This document shows, piece after piece, positions 33,487-42,979 of a stretch of 52,627 bases of DNA. The notes below the pieces were generated by a model that saw only the letters and a program-made list of their open reading frames with translations, ran no database searches and was not told the origin of the DNA. The position numbers and the translations under genes are program-made. Position 1 is the first letter of the stretch. The number at the start of each line of letters is the position of its first letter. Source of the stretch: Hydrogenophaga sp. (GTDB lineage Bacteria; Pseudomonadota; Gammaproteobacteria; Burkholderiales; Burkholderiaceae_C); assembly GCA_046074205.1 (NCBI GenBank), contig JBJTNV010000010.1:1-52627 (forward strand). Reading direction: 5' to 3'.

Positions 33487-34368
33487 TCACATCCAGTAAA
33501 CCAGAATGTAAAGGCCCAGCCACACCACATCGACGAAGTGCCAGTACCAGGCGGCGCCTTCAAACCCGAAGTGGTGCTGTGCAGTGAAATGACCCTTTTG
33601 CAGGCGCAGGGTGATAAACAGCAGCATCAGCATGCCAACCAACACGTGAAAGCCGTGGAAGCCGGTGAGCATGAAGAAGGTCGAGCCGTAGACACCAGAG
33701 GTCAGCTTGAGGTTCAGATCGCTATAGGCATGAGCGTATTCGTAGCCCTGTACGAACAGGAACACGATCCCCAGAAGTACCGTCATCCACATGAAAGCGA
33801 TGGTCTTGCCACGGTTGCCGGCCTGCAGAGCGTGGTGGGCAATGGTCAGCGTCACGCCGGAAGTGAGCAGCAGCGCGGTGTTGATGGTGGGCAGCCAGAA
33901 GGGGCCCATGGTCTGGAAGGGCTCAACGATCCCCGCCGGCGACGCCGTGACACCGGCCTGCAGGCTGGGCCAGACAGCAGAAAAGTCGGGCCAGATCAGT
34001 GCGTTTTCGATATTGCCCAGGGCGGGCACCGAATGCGTACGTGCCCACCAGAGCGCGGAGAAGAAAGCACCGAAGAACATCACCTCCGAGAAGATGAACC
34101 AGCTCATGCTCCAGCGGTAGGACAGGTCGATCTTGCGCCCGTACAGTCCGCCCTCACTCTCCGTCACTGCATCGCGAAACCACTGGAACAGCACGATCAG
34201 CCAGAAGGCAAGGCCGAAGGCGAGCGAATACATGCCCCAAGCCGCGCCGTTGATCCACTGGCCAGCGCCCAGGATCACAAAAAACAGGCCGATGGCCGAC
34301 ATCACCGGGTGCCGTGACGGCCCGGGGACGAAGTAGTAAGGCGTCGTGCCGTGGGTTGCTGCTGACAT
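33487..34368 (-). CDS. coxC: Cytochrome c oxidase subunit III
   Basis: WFIFSEVMFF, NTALLLTSG, TGFHGFHV, WYWHFVDVVW; TAGGAG SD. Confidence 0.96.
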   Translation of the reverse strand: MSAATHGTTPYYFVPGPSRHPVMSAIGLFFVILGAGQWINGAAWGMYSLAFGLAFWLIVLFQWFRDAVTESEGGLYGRKIDLSYRWSMSWFIFSEVMFFGAFFSALWWARTHSVPALGNIENALIWPDFSAVWPSLQAGVTASPAGIVEPFQTMGPFWLPTINTALLLTSGVTLTIAHHALQAGNRGKTIAFMWMTVLLGIVFLFVQGYEYAHAYSDLNLKLTSGVYGSTFFMLTGFHGFHVLVGMLMLLFITLRLQKGHFTAQHHFGFEGAAWYWHFVDVVWLGLYILVYWM

Positions 34369-34429
34369 GCTCACTCCTAAGTGCTTGCGCTTGTTTGAAT
34401 GGATTGAAAAAACGGAACTTGGATCGGGC

Positions 34430-34639
34430 TCAGCCGACCACCCAGTTGACCAGCAAGATGAGCCCGAACACGAACAACAGGGCCATCACGACACCCATGG
34501 CCATGAGGTGCAGCGGGTTGAGTCTGGCCACGTCCTCGTGAAAATCACGGCCCCGCCGAACACCCAGGAAACCCCACAACACGGCCCTGGTGGTCTCCCA
34601 CAGACCGGCTCGACGCTGATGGACCGGTGTTGTGCTCAT
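34430..34639 (-). CDS. DUF2970-family small membrane protein
   Basis: AVLWGFLGVRR..D..LNPLHL motif; ATGA overlap with ctaG. Confidence 0.8.
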   Translation of the reverse strand: MSTTPVHQRRAGLWETTRAVLWGFLGVRRGRDFHEDVARLNPLHLMAMGVVMALLFVFGLILLVNWVVG

Positions 34640-35244
34640 ACGTCTCCCCGCGCCGTCACTGAGGTCGATGGCGTGGCCGCCACGTCCTTGGGAGCTGGCG
34701 GCACCGGTCCTCCTACCTCGAAGAAGGTGTATGAAAGGGTGATGGTCGTCACATCTTTCGGCAGTTTGGGGTCGATCACGAACACCACCGGCCACGACTT
34801 CTTTTCGCCGGGCGCCAAGGTGTACTGCGTAAAACAGAAACACTCGAGCTTGGTGAAATGCGCAGTGGCCTGCTTGGGGGCGTAGCTCGGAATGGCCTGG
34901 GCCGCCATGGTGCGGTCCTGCGCGTTCTGGAACTCGTACATCACCGTCTTGAGCTCGCCGGGGTGGACCTGCAGGCTGCGAACAGCCGGCCTGAACAGCC
35001 AGGGACCGCGAACATTGGTGTCGAACTCGACGGTAATGGTCCGGGAGGTGTCGACCTGCGTATTGGCCGGCACTTGTGCAGCGTTGCCTGGCACCTGGCG
35101 TTCACCGATGGCCAGCACATTGATGCCGGTTGCTTCGCAAATGGCCTTGTACATGGGCACCAGCGCATAACCAAAGGCAAACATGCCCAAGGTGATCACG
35201 CCGAGCTTGGCCACCATCTGAAGGTTTTCGCGCTGCAATGCCAT
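34636..35244 (-). CDS. ctaG: Cytochrome c oxidase assembly protein CtaG/Cox11
   Basis: FGYALVPMYKAICEATG, KLECFCF, ITLSYTFF. Confidence 0.95.
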   Translation of the reverse strand: MALQRENLQMVAKLGVITLGMFAFGYALVPMYKAICEATGINVLAIGERQVPGNAAQVPANTQVDTSRTITVEFDTNVRGPWLFRPAVRSLQVHPGELKTVMYEFQNAQDRTMAAQAIPSYAPKQATAHFTKLECFCFTQYTLAPGEKKSWPVVFVIDPKLPKDVTTITLSYTFFEVGGPVPPAPKDVAATPSTSVTARGDV

Positions 35245-35282
35245 GGCAATGGACGGTAGGGCAGAAAAGGAGCGATCGCGGA

Positions 35283-35396
35283 TCAGCCGCCGAGCAGCAC
35301 CATCTTGCCCACAAAGCCCATGAAGAAGACCAGGGCCACCGAGGCCAGGATCAGACCCAGCCGGCGGTTGCTCTTTTTCTGCTCGTCGGTTTTCAT
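35283..35396 (-). CDS. Cytochrome oxidase small assembly protein (37 aa)
   Basis: MKTDEQKKSNRRLGLILASVALVFFMGFVGKMVLLGG between subunit I and ctaG. Confidence 0.75.
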   Translation of the reverse strand: MKTDEQKKSNRRLGLILASVALVFFMGFVGKMVLLGG

Positions 35397-35421
35397 GGCG
35401 CCTTGCACATCAATGGGCTGG

Positions 35422-37041
35422 TCAGCCGACCACCTTGGTGGCGGTGGCGTCCAGTTTCGGCGGATTCTCGAAGGTATGGAAGGGTGCCGGGGACGGCACT
35501 TCCCACTCGAGACCTTCCGCACCCTCCCAGGGCTTCTGCACGGCCTTCTCGCCCTGACCGCGCATGGCGGGCAATACAACGAAGACGAAGAAGTACACCT
35601 GCGCAAGACCGAAGGCGAATGCACCCACCGAGGCGATGGCGTTGAAATCGGCGAACTGCATCGGGTAGTCAGCGTAGCGACGGGGCATGCCGGCCAGACC
35701 CAGGAAGTGCATCGGGAAGAAGGTGACGTTGAAGGAAATCATCGACCACCAGAAATGCAGCTTGCCGCGGGATTCGCTGTACATGACTCCGGTCCACTTG
35801 GGCAGCCAGTAATAGGCGCCAGAGAACATGGCGAACAGGGAGCCAGCCACCAGCACATAGTGGAAGTGAGCCACCACGTAATAGGTGTCCTGGAAGTTGA
35901 TGTCGATCGGCGCCATGGACAGCATCAGGCCGGTGAAACCCCCCATGGTGAACACGAAGATGAAACCAACGGCCCACAGCATCGGGGTCTCGAAGGTCAT
36001 CGAGCCTTTCCACATGGTGGCAATCCAGTTAAAGATCTTCACGCCTGTGGGCACGGCGATCAACATGGTGGCATACATGAAGAACAACTGGCCGGTGACC
36101 GGCATGCCGGTGGTGAACATGTGGTGCGCCCACACGATAAAGGACAGGATGGCAATGGAACCGGTGGCGTACACCATGGAGGCGTAGCCGAAGAGTTTCT
36201 TGCGAGCGAAAGCGGGCACCACCTGACTCACGATGCCGAAGGCCGGCAAGATCATGATGTAGACCTCGGGGTGGCCGAAGAACCAGAAGATGTGCTGGTA
36301 CATCACCGGATCACCGCCACCGGCGGGGTTGAAGAAGCTCGTGCCGAAGTGACGGTCGGTCAGCGTCATGGTGATCGCACCGGCGAGCACGGGCATCACG
36401 GCGATCAGCAGGTAGGCGGTGATCAGCCAGGTCCAGCAGAACATCGGCATCTTCATCAGCGTCATGCCAGGAGCGCGCATGTTGAGGATGGTCACGATGA
36501 TGTTGATCGAGCCCATGATGGATGAAGCACCGAGGATGTGCATGGCAAAAATGCCGGCGTCCATCGAGGGGCCCATCTGCAGGGTCAGCGGCGCGTACAG
36601 CGTCCAGCCGGCTGCGGGTGCGCCGCCGGGCATGAAGAACGAAGCCACCAGCATGATCGCGGCCGGGATCATCAGCCAGAAGCTGAAGTTGTTCATGCGC
36701 GCAAAGGCCATGTCGGATGCACCGATCTGCAGCGGGATCATCCAGTTCGCGAAGCCCACGAAGGCCGGCATGATGGCGCCGAACACCATGATCAGGCCGT
36801 GCATGGTCGTGAGCTGGTTGAACAGCTCGGGGTTGACCAGTTGCAGGCCCGGCTGGAACAGCTCGGCACGGATCAGCAGGGCCAGAACCCCACCCACCAT
36901 GAGCATGGTGAAGGCAAACAACAGGTACAGGGTACCGATGTCCTTGTGGTTGGTGGCATAGACCCAGCGCCGCCAGCCCGCCGGCGCGTGGTGGTCATGG
37001 TCGTGATGGTGTGCATCGTGATGATCGAGAACTGCGCTCAT
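35422..37041 (-). CDS. ctaD: Cytochrome c oxidase subunit I (A1 type)
   Basis: [28 protein letters not shown]; His-rich N-terminus. Confidence 0.98.
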   Translation of the reverse strand: MSAVLDHHDAHHHDHDHHAPAGWRRWVYATNHKDIGTLYLLFAFTMLMVGGVLALLIRAELFQPGLQLVNPELFNQLTTMHGLIMVFGAIMPAFVGFANWMIPLQIGASDMAFARMNNFSFWLMIPAAIMLVASFFMPGGAPAAGWTLYAPLTLQMGPSMDAGIFAMHILGASSIMGSINIIVTILNMRAPGMTLMKMPMFCWTWLITAYLLIAVMPVLAGAITMTLTDRHFGTSFFNPAGGGDPVMYQHIFWFFGHPEVYIMILPAFGIVSQVVPAFARKKLFGYASMVYATGSIAILSFIVWAHHMFTTGMPVTGQLFFMYATMLIAVPTGVKIFNWIATMWKGSMTFETPMLWAVGFIFVFTMGGFTGLMLSMAPIDINFQDTYYVVAHFHYVLVAGSLFAMFSGAYYWLPKWTGVMYSESRGKLHFWWSMISFNVTFFPMHFLGLAGMPRRYADYPMQFADFNAIASVGAFAFGLAQVYFFVFVVLPAMRGQGEKAVQKPWEGAEGLEWEVPSPAPFHTFENPPKLDATATKVVG

Positions 37042-37081
37042 CGTTGTTTCCTTGGAGATTCTGAAGTCTTCAGTTCACTGC

Positions 37082-37966
37082 TCACTGGGCAGCAACCACG
37101 GCCGTCTGTTGCTGCTTCACCCAGGCGGAGTAAGCCTCTGCGGACAGCACCTTCACATGGATCGGCATGTACGCGTGCTCCTTGCCGCACAGCTCGGCGC
37201 ACTGGCCGTAGAAATCGCCGGTCTTCTCGGCACGGAACCAGGTGTCGCGAACGAAACCGGGGATCGCATCTTGTTTGACCCCGAAGGCCGGCACCATCCA
37301 GGCGTGGATCACGTCATTGGCAGTGGTGATGATGCGCACTTTTTTGCCCACCGGCACAACCAGGGGATTGTCCACTTTCAGCAGGTAGTCGTCGGTTGGG
37401 GGCGGGTTGCCGCTGTTGGACATTTCGCGATGGCTGTTGTCCAGGGTGGAGAGGAATCCAATGCCCTCGCCTTCACCCTTGAGGTAGTCGTAACCCCACT
37501 TCCACTGCATGCCCGTGACCTTGATGGTGAGGTCGCTGTTGGTGGTGTCCTTCTGGGCCACCAGCACTTTGGTGGCCGGCAGCGCCATGCCGATGACGAT
37601 CAGCAGCGGCACGATGGTCCAGCCCAGCTCCACCCAGATCGGCTCGGCCAACTCTTGCGACTGGTGCCCGACCGACTTGCGGTGCTTGACGATGGAATAG
37701 AACATGACACCGAACACCGCCACGAAGATCACCGTGCAGATGACCAGCATGAACCAGTGCAGCCAGTGCTGCTCTTCGGCAATGCGGGTGGCCGGCGGCG
37801 CAAAATTCAACTGGTTGACGGCCGGACCACCGGGGAGGTCGTTGACCGCAGCACGGGCGGACTCGGTGACCCAGACGCCGGCCACCAGCGCCAGAGACGA
37901 TGCTGCCGAGCGCAGCGAAGACAGTCGGATTCGCAGGGCATGACCCATTGTGTTGGTTTTGCTCAC
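37082..37966 (-). CDS. coxB: Cytochrome c oxidase subunit II (no fused cytochrome c domain)
   Basis: QWKWGY, DVIHAW, CAELCGKEHAYM CuA site; GTG start. Confidence 0.95.
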   Translation of the reverse strand: MSKTNTMGHALRIRLSSLRSAASSLALVAGVWVTESARAAVNDLPGGPAVNQLNFAPPATRIAEEQHWLHWFMLVICTVIFVAVFGVMFYSIVKHRKSVGHQSQELAEPIWVELGWTIVPLLIVIGMALPATKVLVAQKDTTNSDLTIKVTGMQWKWGYDYLKGEGEGIGFLSTLDNSHREMSNSGNPPPTDDYLLKVDNPLVVPVGKKVRIITTANDVIHAWMVPAFGVKQDAIPGFVRDTWFRAEKTGDFYGQCAELCGKEHAYMPIHVKVLSAEAYSAWVKQQQTAVVAAQ

Positions 37967-37990
37967 TTTTCAGCGCCTTGAATATAAGTA

Positions 37991-38004
37991 TTGATTTATA
38001 TCAA
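37991..38004. promoter_or_regulatory. FNR/ANR box TTGAT-TTAT-ATCAA
   Basis: Perfect consensus about 25 bp upstream of the coxB start. Confidence 0.85.
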
Positions 38005-38135
38005 TCCGATTAAACAAAAAACCCCTGCTCCGCACACTCAGGGAATACCCACACGGACACCATGGCCGGCCACGCCGCAGACGCCACGTCATCGGCGATG
38101 ACCGACCTCCGCGCGCGCTGCCCGGCGAACGCCAT

Positions 38136-38149
38136 TTGATTTATGTCAA
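38136..38149. promoter_or_regulatory. FNR-like box TTGAT-TTAT-GTCAA abutting a minus-strand -10 (TACAAT, 38154-38149)
   Basis: 9/10 consensus match. Confidence 0.75.
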
Positions 38150-38221
38150 TTGTAACGAGTGGCGTGGCCCTGCCCGACCGGCCCTTTGAACTGAACCTCC
38201 AGGCCAACGCGTCCACACGGC

Positions 38222-39118
38222 TCAGCGCCGGCGATCGCGCAGCAGGCCACGTACGGCATCGACCGAAACGGTCTGTTCGCGAAGGGACGGCAGACGCGGC
38301 AATGGCTTGTACGCGTGGCCGTAGATGAGCTCGAACGTCAGGAGCAGCCGTCCATGCGTGTCACGCGGCAAGCCGTCTTCCAGCGCCCTCAGCAGGATCG
38401 TCCGCCAGCTCCGCCCCCGCAGGCCCGCAGGGCGTACGGTGCTGAAATTCCGACCCAGCCCGCGCAGTTCGTCCAGCACCGCCTCGGCAGAGGAATAGGA
38501 CAGGGTGACGTGCTCCATGTCCATCACCGGTTCGGCAAAACCGCTGTGCATGAGCATGTCGCCCCAGTCATGCATGTCGGTGAACGCATGCCCCGGCAAG
38601 GGCCAGTCTTGCCTGGCATAGACGCTGCGCAGCTCACGCAGGGTGTCGGGCCCCAGACACGAAAACATGAGAAAGCCTTCCGTCCCCAGCAGGCCATGCC
38701 AGTGCCGCAGCAAAGTCATGGGGTGCGGCTCATGATGCAGCCACATGTTTGCCCACAGCATGGCCACCTGTTCGCCATCGGGCAGACCCGGTTCAGAGCG
38801 GGTTCTGCGAGGGCGCCACAGCCGCCAGCCACCGGCATGGGACGAACGAGCTTCCGGGGCCGGCGCAGGCCAGACAAAGCACCGCGCCTGCGGCAGCTGT
38901 GCACGCAGCTGTTGGTGGGCCTGCAACCCGCCCACCAAGGGCGCCCAGTGCAGCCAGCGGTCGGGTGGGTGGCGGAACCACTGCAGGCGCGACAGCATCC
39001 GGTTGGCGACTTCTTCGTGCAGCCAGGGGCTTTGCGCGCGGTGCATCCCGCGCCAGCGCCCGGCGGCCGCCGCATCGAGTCCTGGTACGGTGTCGGTTTC
39101 AGAAGGGTGAGCGTTCAC
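38222..39118 (-). CDS. BioC/NDUFAF5-like methyltransferase-fold protein
   Basis: LWANMWLH, FSCLGPDTLRELR, DMHDWGDML..GFAEPVMDME, LTFELIYGHA; GTG start inferred. Confidence 0.8.
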   Translation of the reverse strand: MNAHPSETDTVPGLDAAAAGRWRGMHRAQSPWLHEEVANRMLSRLQWFRHPPDRWLHWAPLVGGLQAHQQLRAQLPQARCFVWPAPAPEARSSHAGGWRLWRPRRTRSEPGLPDGEQVAMLWANMWLHHEPHPMTLLRHWHGLLGTEGFLMFSCLGPDTLRELRSVYARQDWPLPGHAFTDMHDWGDMLMHSGFAEPVMDMEHVTLSYSSAEAVLDELRGLGRNFSTVRPAGLRGRSWRTILLRALEDGLPRDTHGRLLLTFELIYGHAYKPLPRLPSLREQTVSVDAVRGLLRDRRR

Positions 39119-39163
39119 AAAAAAACAGCGGCAGCCTGAGGGGAGCGCCAGTATATTGACCGC

Positions 39164-39892
39164 ATGCGGCCACTGGGCGCCTTCATCCACGCCGGCACCC
39201 GCCATTGGCCGGGACGGTGCCAGGTCTGTGGCCGCTGGCCCGCGCAGCCGGTGTGCGAGGCCTGTCTGCAACGGTTTGCGCCCCACCGGACGCGGTGCAC
39301 AGCCTGCGCCTTGCCACTGACGGGTACGCAAGGTCTGTGCGGAACCTGCATGACCCGCACAGACGCCACTGCACTGTCGGGTTGCGTCGCCGCCATCGAC
39401 TACACCTACCCTTGGGACGGATTGATCGCCCGCTGGAAATTCGCCGGGGAAACTGGCTGGAGCAGCGAATGGGCGCGACTGATGTGGCGTGTCCCGGCCA
39501 TGTCCCTCCTCTGGCACAGTTGCACGCGGGTGGTGCCGGTGCCTGTCGGATCTGCCCGACTGGCTCAACGCGGGTTCAACCAGGCCTGGGAACTGGTCAA
39601 GGCCCTGCAACAACACGCCCCTGGCCACCGACCGGTCGGCTTGTCGCAGGCCTTGGTTCGGGTACGTGAAACCGCCGACCAGCACGCCCTGCCGCGCGCG
39701 CAGCGCCTGATCAACCTGCGGGACGCTTTCGCTCCGGACCCCCGTCACCGGCAAGCCGTGCTCGCGCAACACGTACTGCTGGTGGACGATGTGAGCACCA
39801 CGGGTGCCACGCTGCAAGCCGCGGCACGCAGCCTTCTGGATGGTGGTGCGGCCCGTGTGAGCGCGCTGGTCCTGGCACGCACGCCGCCTTAA
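39164..39892 (+). CDS. comF: ComF family protein (double zinc ribbon + PRTase)
   Basis: Four CxxC, RGFNQA, VLLVDDVSTTGATL. Confidence 0.9.
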   Translation: MRPLGAFIHAGTRHWPGRCQVCGRWPAQPVCEACLQRFAPHRTRCTACALPLTGTQGLCGTCMTRTDATALSGCVAAIDYTYPWDGLIARWKFAGETGWSSEWARLMWRVPAMSLLWHSCTRVVPVPVGSARLAQRGFNQAWELVKALQQHAPGHRPVGLSQALVRVRETADQHALPRAQRLINLRDAFAPDPRHRQAVLAQHVLLVDDVSTTGATLQAAARSLLDGGAARVSALVLARTPP

Positions 39893-39934
39893 GATCTGCG
39901 CCCCGCATGCGCGGCATGCCGCACGCCAGTGACC

Positions 39935-40429
39935 ATGTTCAACATTGTTCTCGTCGCACCTGAAATCCCGCCCAATACCGGCAACGCCATTCGTCTGTGC
40001 GCCAACACGGGGTGCGCGCTGCACCTCATCGAACCCCTGGGCTTCTCGATGGACGACAAGCAGATGCGCCGGGCCGGACTGGACTACCACGAATACGCCA
40101 CCGTGCACCGCCATGCCGACTGGAGCGCCTTCCTGGACAGCCAGCAGCCCAACCCGCAGCGCCTGCTGGCCATGACCACCGGCGGCTCCTGCACGGTTTT
40201 CGAGCAGCATTTCCTGCCCGGTGACTGGCTGGTGTTCGGCTCGGAATCCCGGGGCCTACCCGCCGACCTGCTTGATCGTTTACCGCCGCAACAGCGTCTG
40301 CGTTTACCCATGGTCGGCGGTCAGCGGAGCCTGAACCTGTCCAACGCGGTCGCAGTGGTGGTGTTCGAGGCCTGGCGTCAGCAGGGTTTCGGAGGCGCTA
40401 CTACCGCACCATCAACGGCTCAGCGGTAG
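39935..40429 (+). CDS. trmL: tRNA (cytidine/uridine(34)-2'-O)-methyltransferase
   Basis: PEIPPNTGN, RRAGLDY, FGSESRGLP, RSLNLSN. Confidence 0.95.
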   Translation: MFNIVLVAPEIPPNTGNAIRLCANTGCALHLIEPLGFSMDDKQMRRAGLDYHEYATVHRHADWSAFLDSQQPNPQRLLAMTTGGSCTVFEQHFLPGDWLVFGSESRGLPADLLDRLPPQQRLRLPMVGGQRSLNLSNAVAVVVFEAWRQQGFGGATTAPSTAQR

Positions 40430-40875
40430 TGCCGGATCAGGGACTCCGCCACACAAACCGGCTTGTCTGATCCTTCGCGCTCGATCTGCACCTGCCAGAC
40501 CATCTGCAGCCCCTCGCCGGGCACGGGCTCGACCGACAGCAGGGTCATATGCGCCCGCAAGCGACTGCCCACCGGCACCGGCGCGGTGAAACGCACTTTG
40601 TTGAGACCGTAGTTCACGCCCAGCCGCGAGCCGCGGACCGTGAAAGAAGACTCGAAAAACCGCGGCAACAGGGACAAGGTGAGAAAACCGTGTGCAACGG
40701 TTGCGCCAAATGGACCGTGACGCGCCTTTTCAGGGTCGACGTGAATCCACTGGTGATCCCCGGTGGCGTCAGCAAAACGGTTGACCTGGTCCTGCGTGAT
40801 GCTGATCCAGTCGCTGACCGCGACCACCTGGCCCACGCAGGCCGACAACTCGTCCCATGTCTCGAAGGTCTTCAT
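40420..40875 (-). CDS. MaoC-family dehydratase
   Basis: FADATGDHQWIHVD, AHGFLTLS, NYGLNKVRF. Confidence 0.92.
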   Translation of the reverse strand: MKTFETWDELSACVGQVVAVSDWISITQDQVNRFADATGDHQWIHVDPEKARHGPFGATVAHGFLTLSLLPRFFESSFTVRGSRLGVNYGLNKVRFTAPVPVGSRLRAHMTLLSVEPVPGEGLQMVWQVQIEREGSDKPVCVAESLIRHYR

Positions 40876-41015
40876 GGGTTTGACTCTATCGGTGCCCCCG
40901 ATCGCCTGGTGTCAGCACCGGGACAGTTCCACCGGACGCCCACCAGACCGGCAACGCCGGTGCCCTTGCCGATCCGGGAGTCGCCTGGCAAGCGCAGGAC
41001 ATGGACAATCACAGG

Positions 41016-41669
41016 ATGACCAGCATGCCCCTGCCGAACGTCCCCTTCTGGGGTGAAACCTTGCGACTGCTGGTCGAATGGTCGGCCACTGCAGCTTTCG
41101 CCCTGTCCGGTGTCATGGCGGCCGCTCGGCAACGGCTCGATGCCGTGGGGGTCTGCGTGGTGGGCTTCCTGGCCGCCTTTGGTGGCGGGACCTTGCGCGA
41201 CCTGCTGCTCGACCAGCGACCGTTTTTCTGGGTCCGTCACGTGGAGATGCTCTGGAGCGTGCTGGCGCTGTGCGTGCTGGCCATGCTGTTCATGCGCCGG
41301 CGCCACTTCGTCCCCACCGAACGTGCCATGCAATGGCCCGATGCGCTGGGTCTGGGGCTGTTCACCGCCACCGGCGTACACCACGCCCTGCTGCAGGACA
41401 TGCCCGCTTTGGTGGCTGTGCTCATGGGCCTGATCACCGGCGTGTTCGGCGGCGTGCTGCGCGACGTGGTGTGCAACCAGATTCCCAGTGCCTTCCACGA
41501 CCACCGACCCTATGCCGTCTGCGCTTTTGCGGGCGGATGGCTGTATGTCGGTCTGTGGCTGATCGACCTACCCGGCTGGCTGACCATGCTGGCTTGCGTA
41601 GGGGTCACAGCCGGATTGCGTGGTCTGGCCCTGTGGCGTGGCTGGCAGCTGCCAGGCTGGCGGACATGA
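41016..41669 (+). CDS. TRIC/UPF0126 membrane protein
   Basis: AFALSG, GGGTLRD, DALGLGLF, GGVLRD. Confidence 0.9.
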   Translation: MTSMPLPNVPFWGETLRLLVEWSATAAFALSGVMAAARQRLDAVGVCVVGFLAAFGGGTLRDLLLDQRPFFWVRHVEMLWSVLALCVLAMLFMRRRHFVPTERAMQWPDALGLGLFTATGVHHALLQDMPALVAVLMGLITGVFGGVLRDVVCNQIPSAFHDHRPYAVCAFAGGWLYVGLWLIDLPGWLTMLACVGVTAGLRGLALWRGWQLPGWRT

Positions 41670-41687
41670 CGCCCGCCGCGGCACGGA

Positions 41688-42890
41688 TCAGACTTTTTCG
41701 AGCACCATCGCAATGCCTTGGCCCACGCCAATGCACATGGTGCACAGCGCGTAGCGGCCACCGGTGGTGTGCAGGCGGTTGATGGCGGTGGTGGCCAGGC
41801 GCGCGCCCGAGGCACCCAGTGGGTGGCCGAGCGCAATCGCGCCGCCCCAGGCGTTCACACGCTCGTCGTCGTCCTGCAGGCCCAGCAGGCGCAGCACGGC
41901 CAGACCTTGGGCGGCAAACGCTTCATTGAGTTCGATCACATCGATCTGGTCCAGCGTCAGGCCGGTCTGGGCCAGCACTTTTTGCGTGGCCGGGGCCGGG
42001 CCGATGCCCATGATGCGCGGAGCCACACCGGCGGTGGCCATGCCCACCACACGGGCCTTGGGGGTCAAGCCGTATCGGGTGGCTTCGGCTTCACCGGCCA
42101 GCAGCAGCGCACAGGCGCCGTCGTTCACACCCGAGGCATTGCCCGCCGTCACGGTACCGTCGGGACGGACCACGCCCTTGAGCCTGGCCAGCGCTTCCAG
42201 GCTGGTTTCGCGCGGGTGCTCGTCGGTGTCGACCACCATGGCGTCGCCCTTTTTCTGGGGGATGCTCACGCCGACAATCTCGCGGGCCAGGTGGCCCGCT
42301 TTGATGGCGGCCACAGCGCGCAGCTGGCTGTTCATGGCCATCTTGTCTTGTGCTTCGCGCTCGATCCTGAAGTCGGTGGCGACGTTCTCGGCGGTCTCGG
42401 GCATCGAGTCCACACCGTACTGGGCCTTCATCAGCTTGTTCACGAAACGCCAGCCGATGGTGGTGTCGTAGACCGCATTGGCGCGCGAGAATGCACTCTC
42501 GGCCTTGGGCATCACAAACGGGGCGCGGCTCATGCTTTCCACGCCACCGGCGATCATCAAACCGGCTTCACCGGCCTTGATGGCGCGCGCAGCCGTGCCC
42601 ACGGCGTCCAGGCCGGAGCCGCACAGGCGGTTGATGGTGGCACCGGGCACCTCGATCGGCAGGCCGGCCAGCAGACTGCTCATGTGGGCCACGTTGCGGT
42701 TGTCTTCACCGGCCTGGTTGGCGCAGCCATAGAGCACATCAGTCACCGCCGCCCAGTCAACGCCGGGGTTGCGCGCCATCAGCGCGCGCAGGGGGACGGC
42801 GCCCAGATCGTCGGTGCGCACACCCGAGAGCGCGCCGCCGTAGCGACCGAAGGGGGTGCGGATGGCGTCGCAGATGAAGGCTTGGGTCAT
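41688..42890 (-). CDS. pcaF: 3-oxoadipyl-CoA thiolase
   Basis: NQAGEDNRNVA, INRLCGSG, NEAFA, GHPLGASG, CIGVGQG. Confidence 0.9.
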   Translation of the reverse strand: MTQAFICDAIRTPFGRYGGALSGVRTDDLGAVPLRALMARNPGVDWAAVTDVLYGCANQAGEDNRNVAHMSSLLAGLPIEVPGATINRLCGSGLDAVGTAARAIKAGEAGLMIAGGVESMSRAPFVMPKAESAFSRANAVYDTTIGWRFVNKLMKAQYGVDSMPETAENVATDFRIEREAQDKMAMNSQLRAVAAIKAGHLAREIVGVSIPQKKGDAMVVDTDEHPRETSLEALARLKGVVRPDGTVTAGNASGVNDGACALLLAGEAEATRYGLTPKARVVGMATAGVAPRIMGIGPAPATQKVLAQTGLTLDQIDVIELNEAFAAQGLAVLRLLGLQDDDERVNAWGGAIALGHPLGASGARLATTAINRLHTTGGRYALCTMCIGVGQGIAMVLEKV

Positions 42891-42979
42891 GTTCTGTCTC
42901 CGGAATCTTGTGATGGGGAATCGGTCAGCACTGTACCCAAGTTGGTGTGCGGGCCTGCGGCTTGCGGGACAATGGCGCC

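Noticed and set aside
36985-37030. His-rich N-terminus of cytochrome oxidase subunit I as a novelty
   Set aside because: A common feature of betaproteobacterial subunit I proteins.
24974-40429. Functional clustering of trmL with its substrate tRNA-Leu(CAA)
   Set aside because: 15 kb apart with unrelated genes between; probably coincidental.
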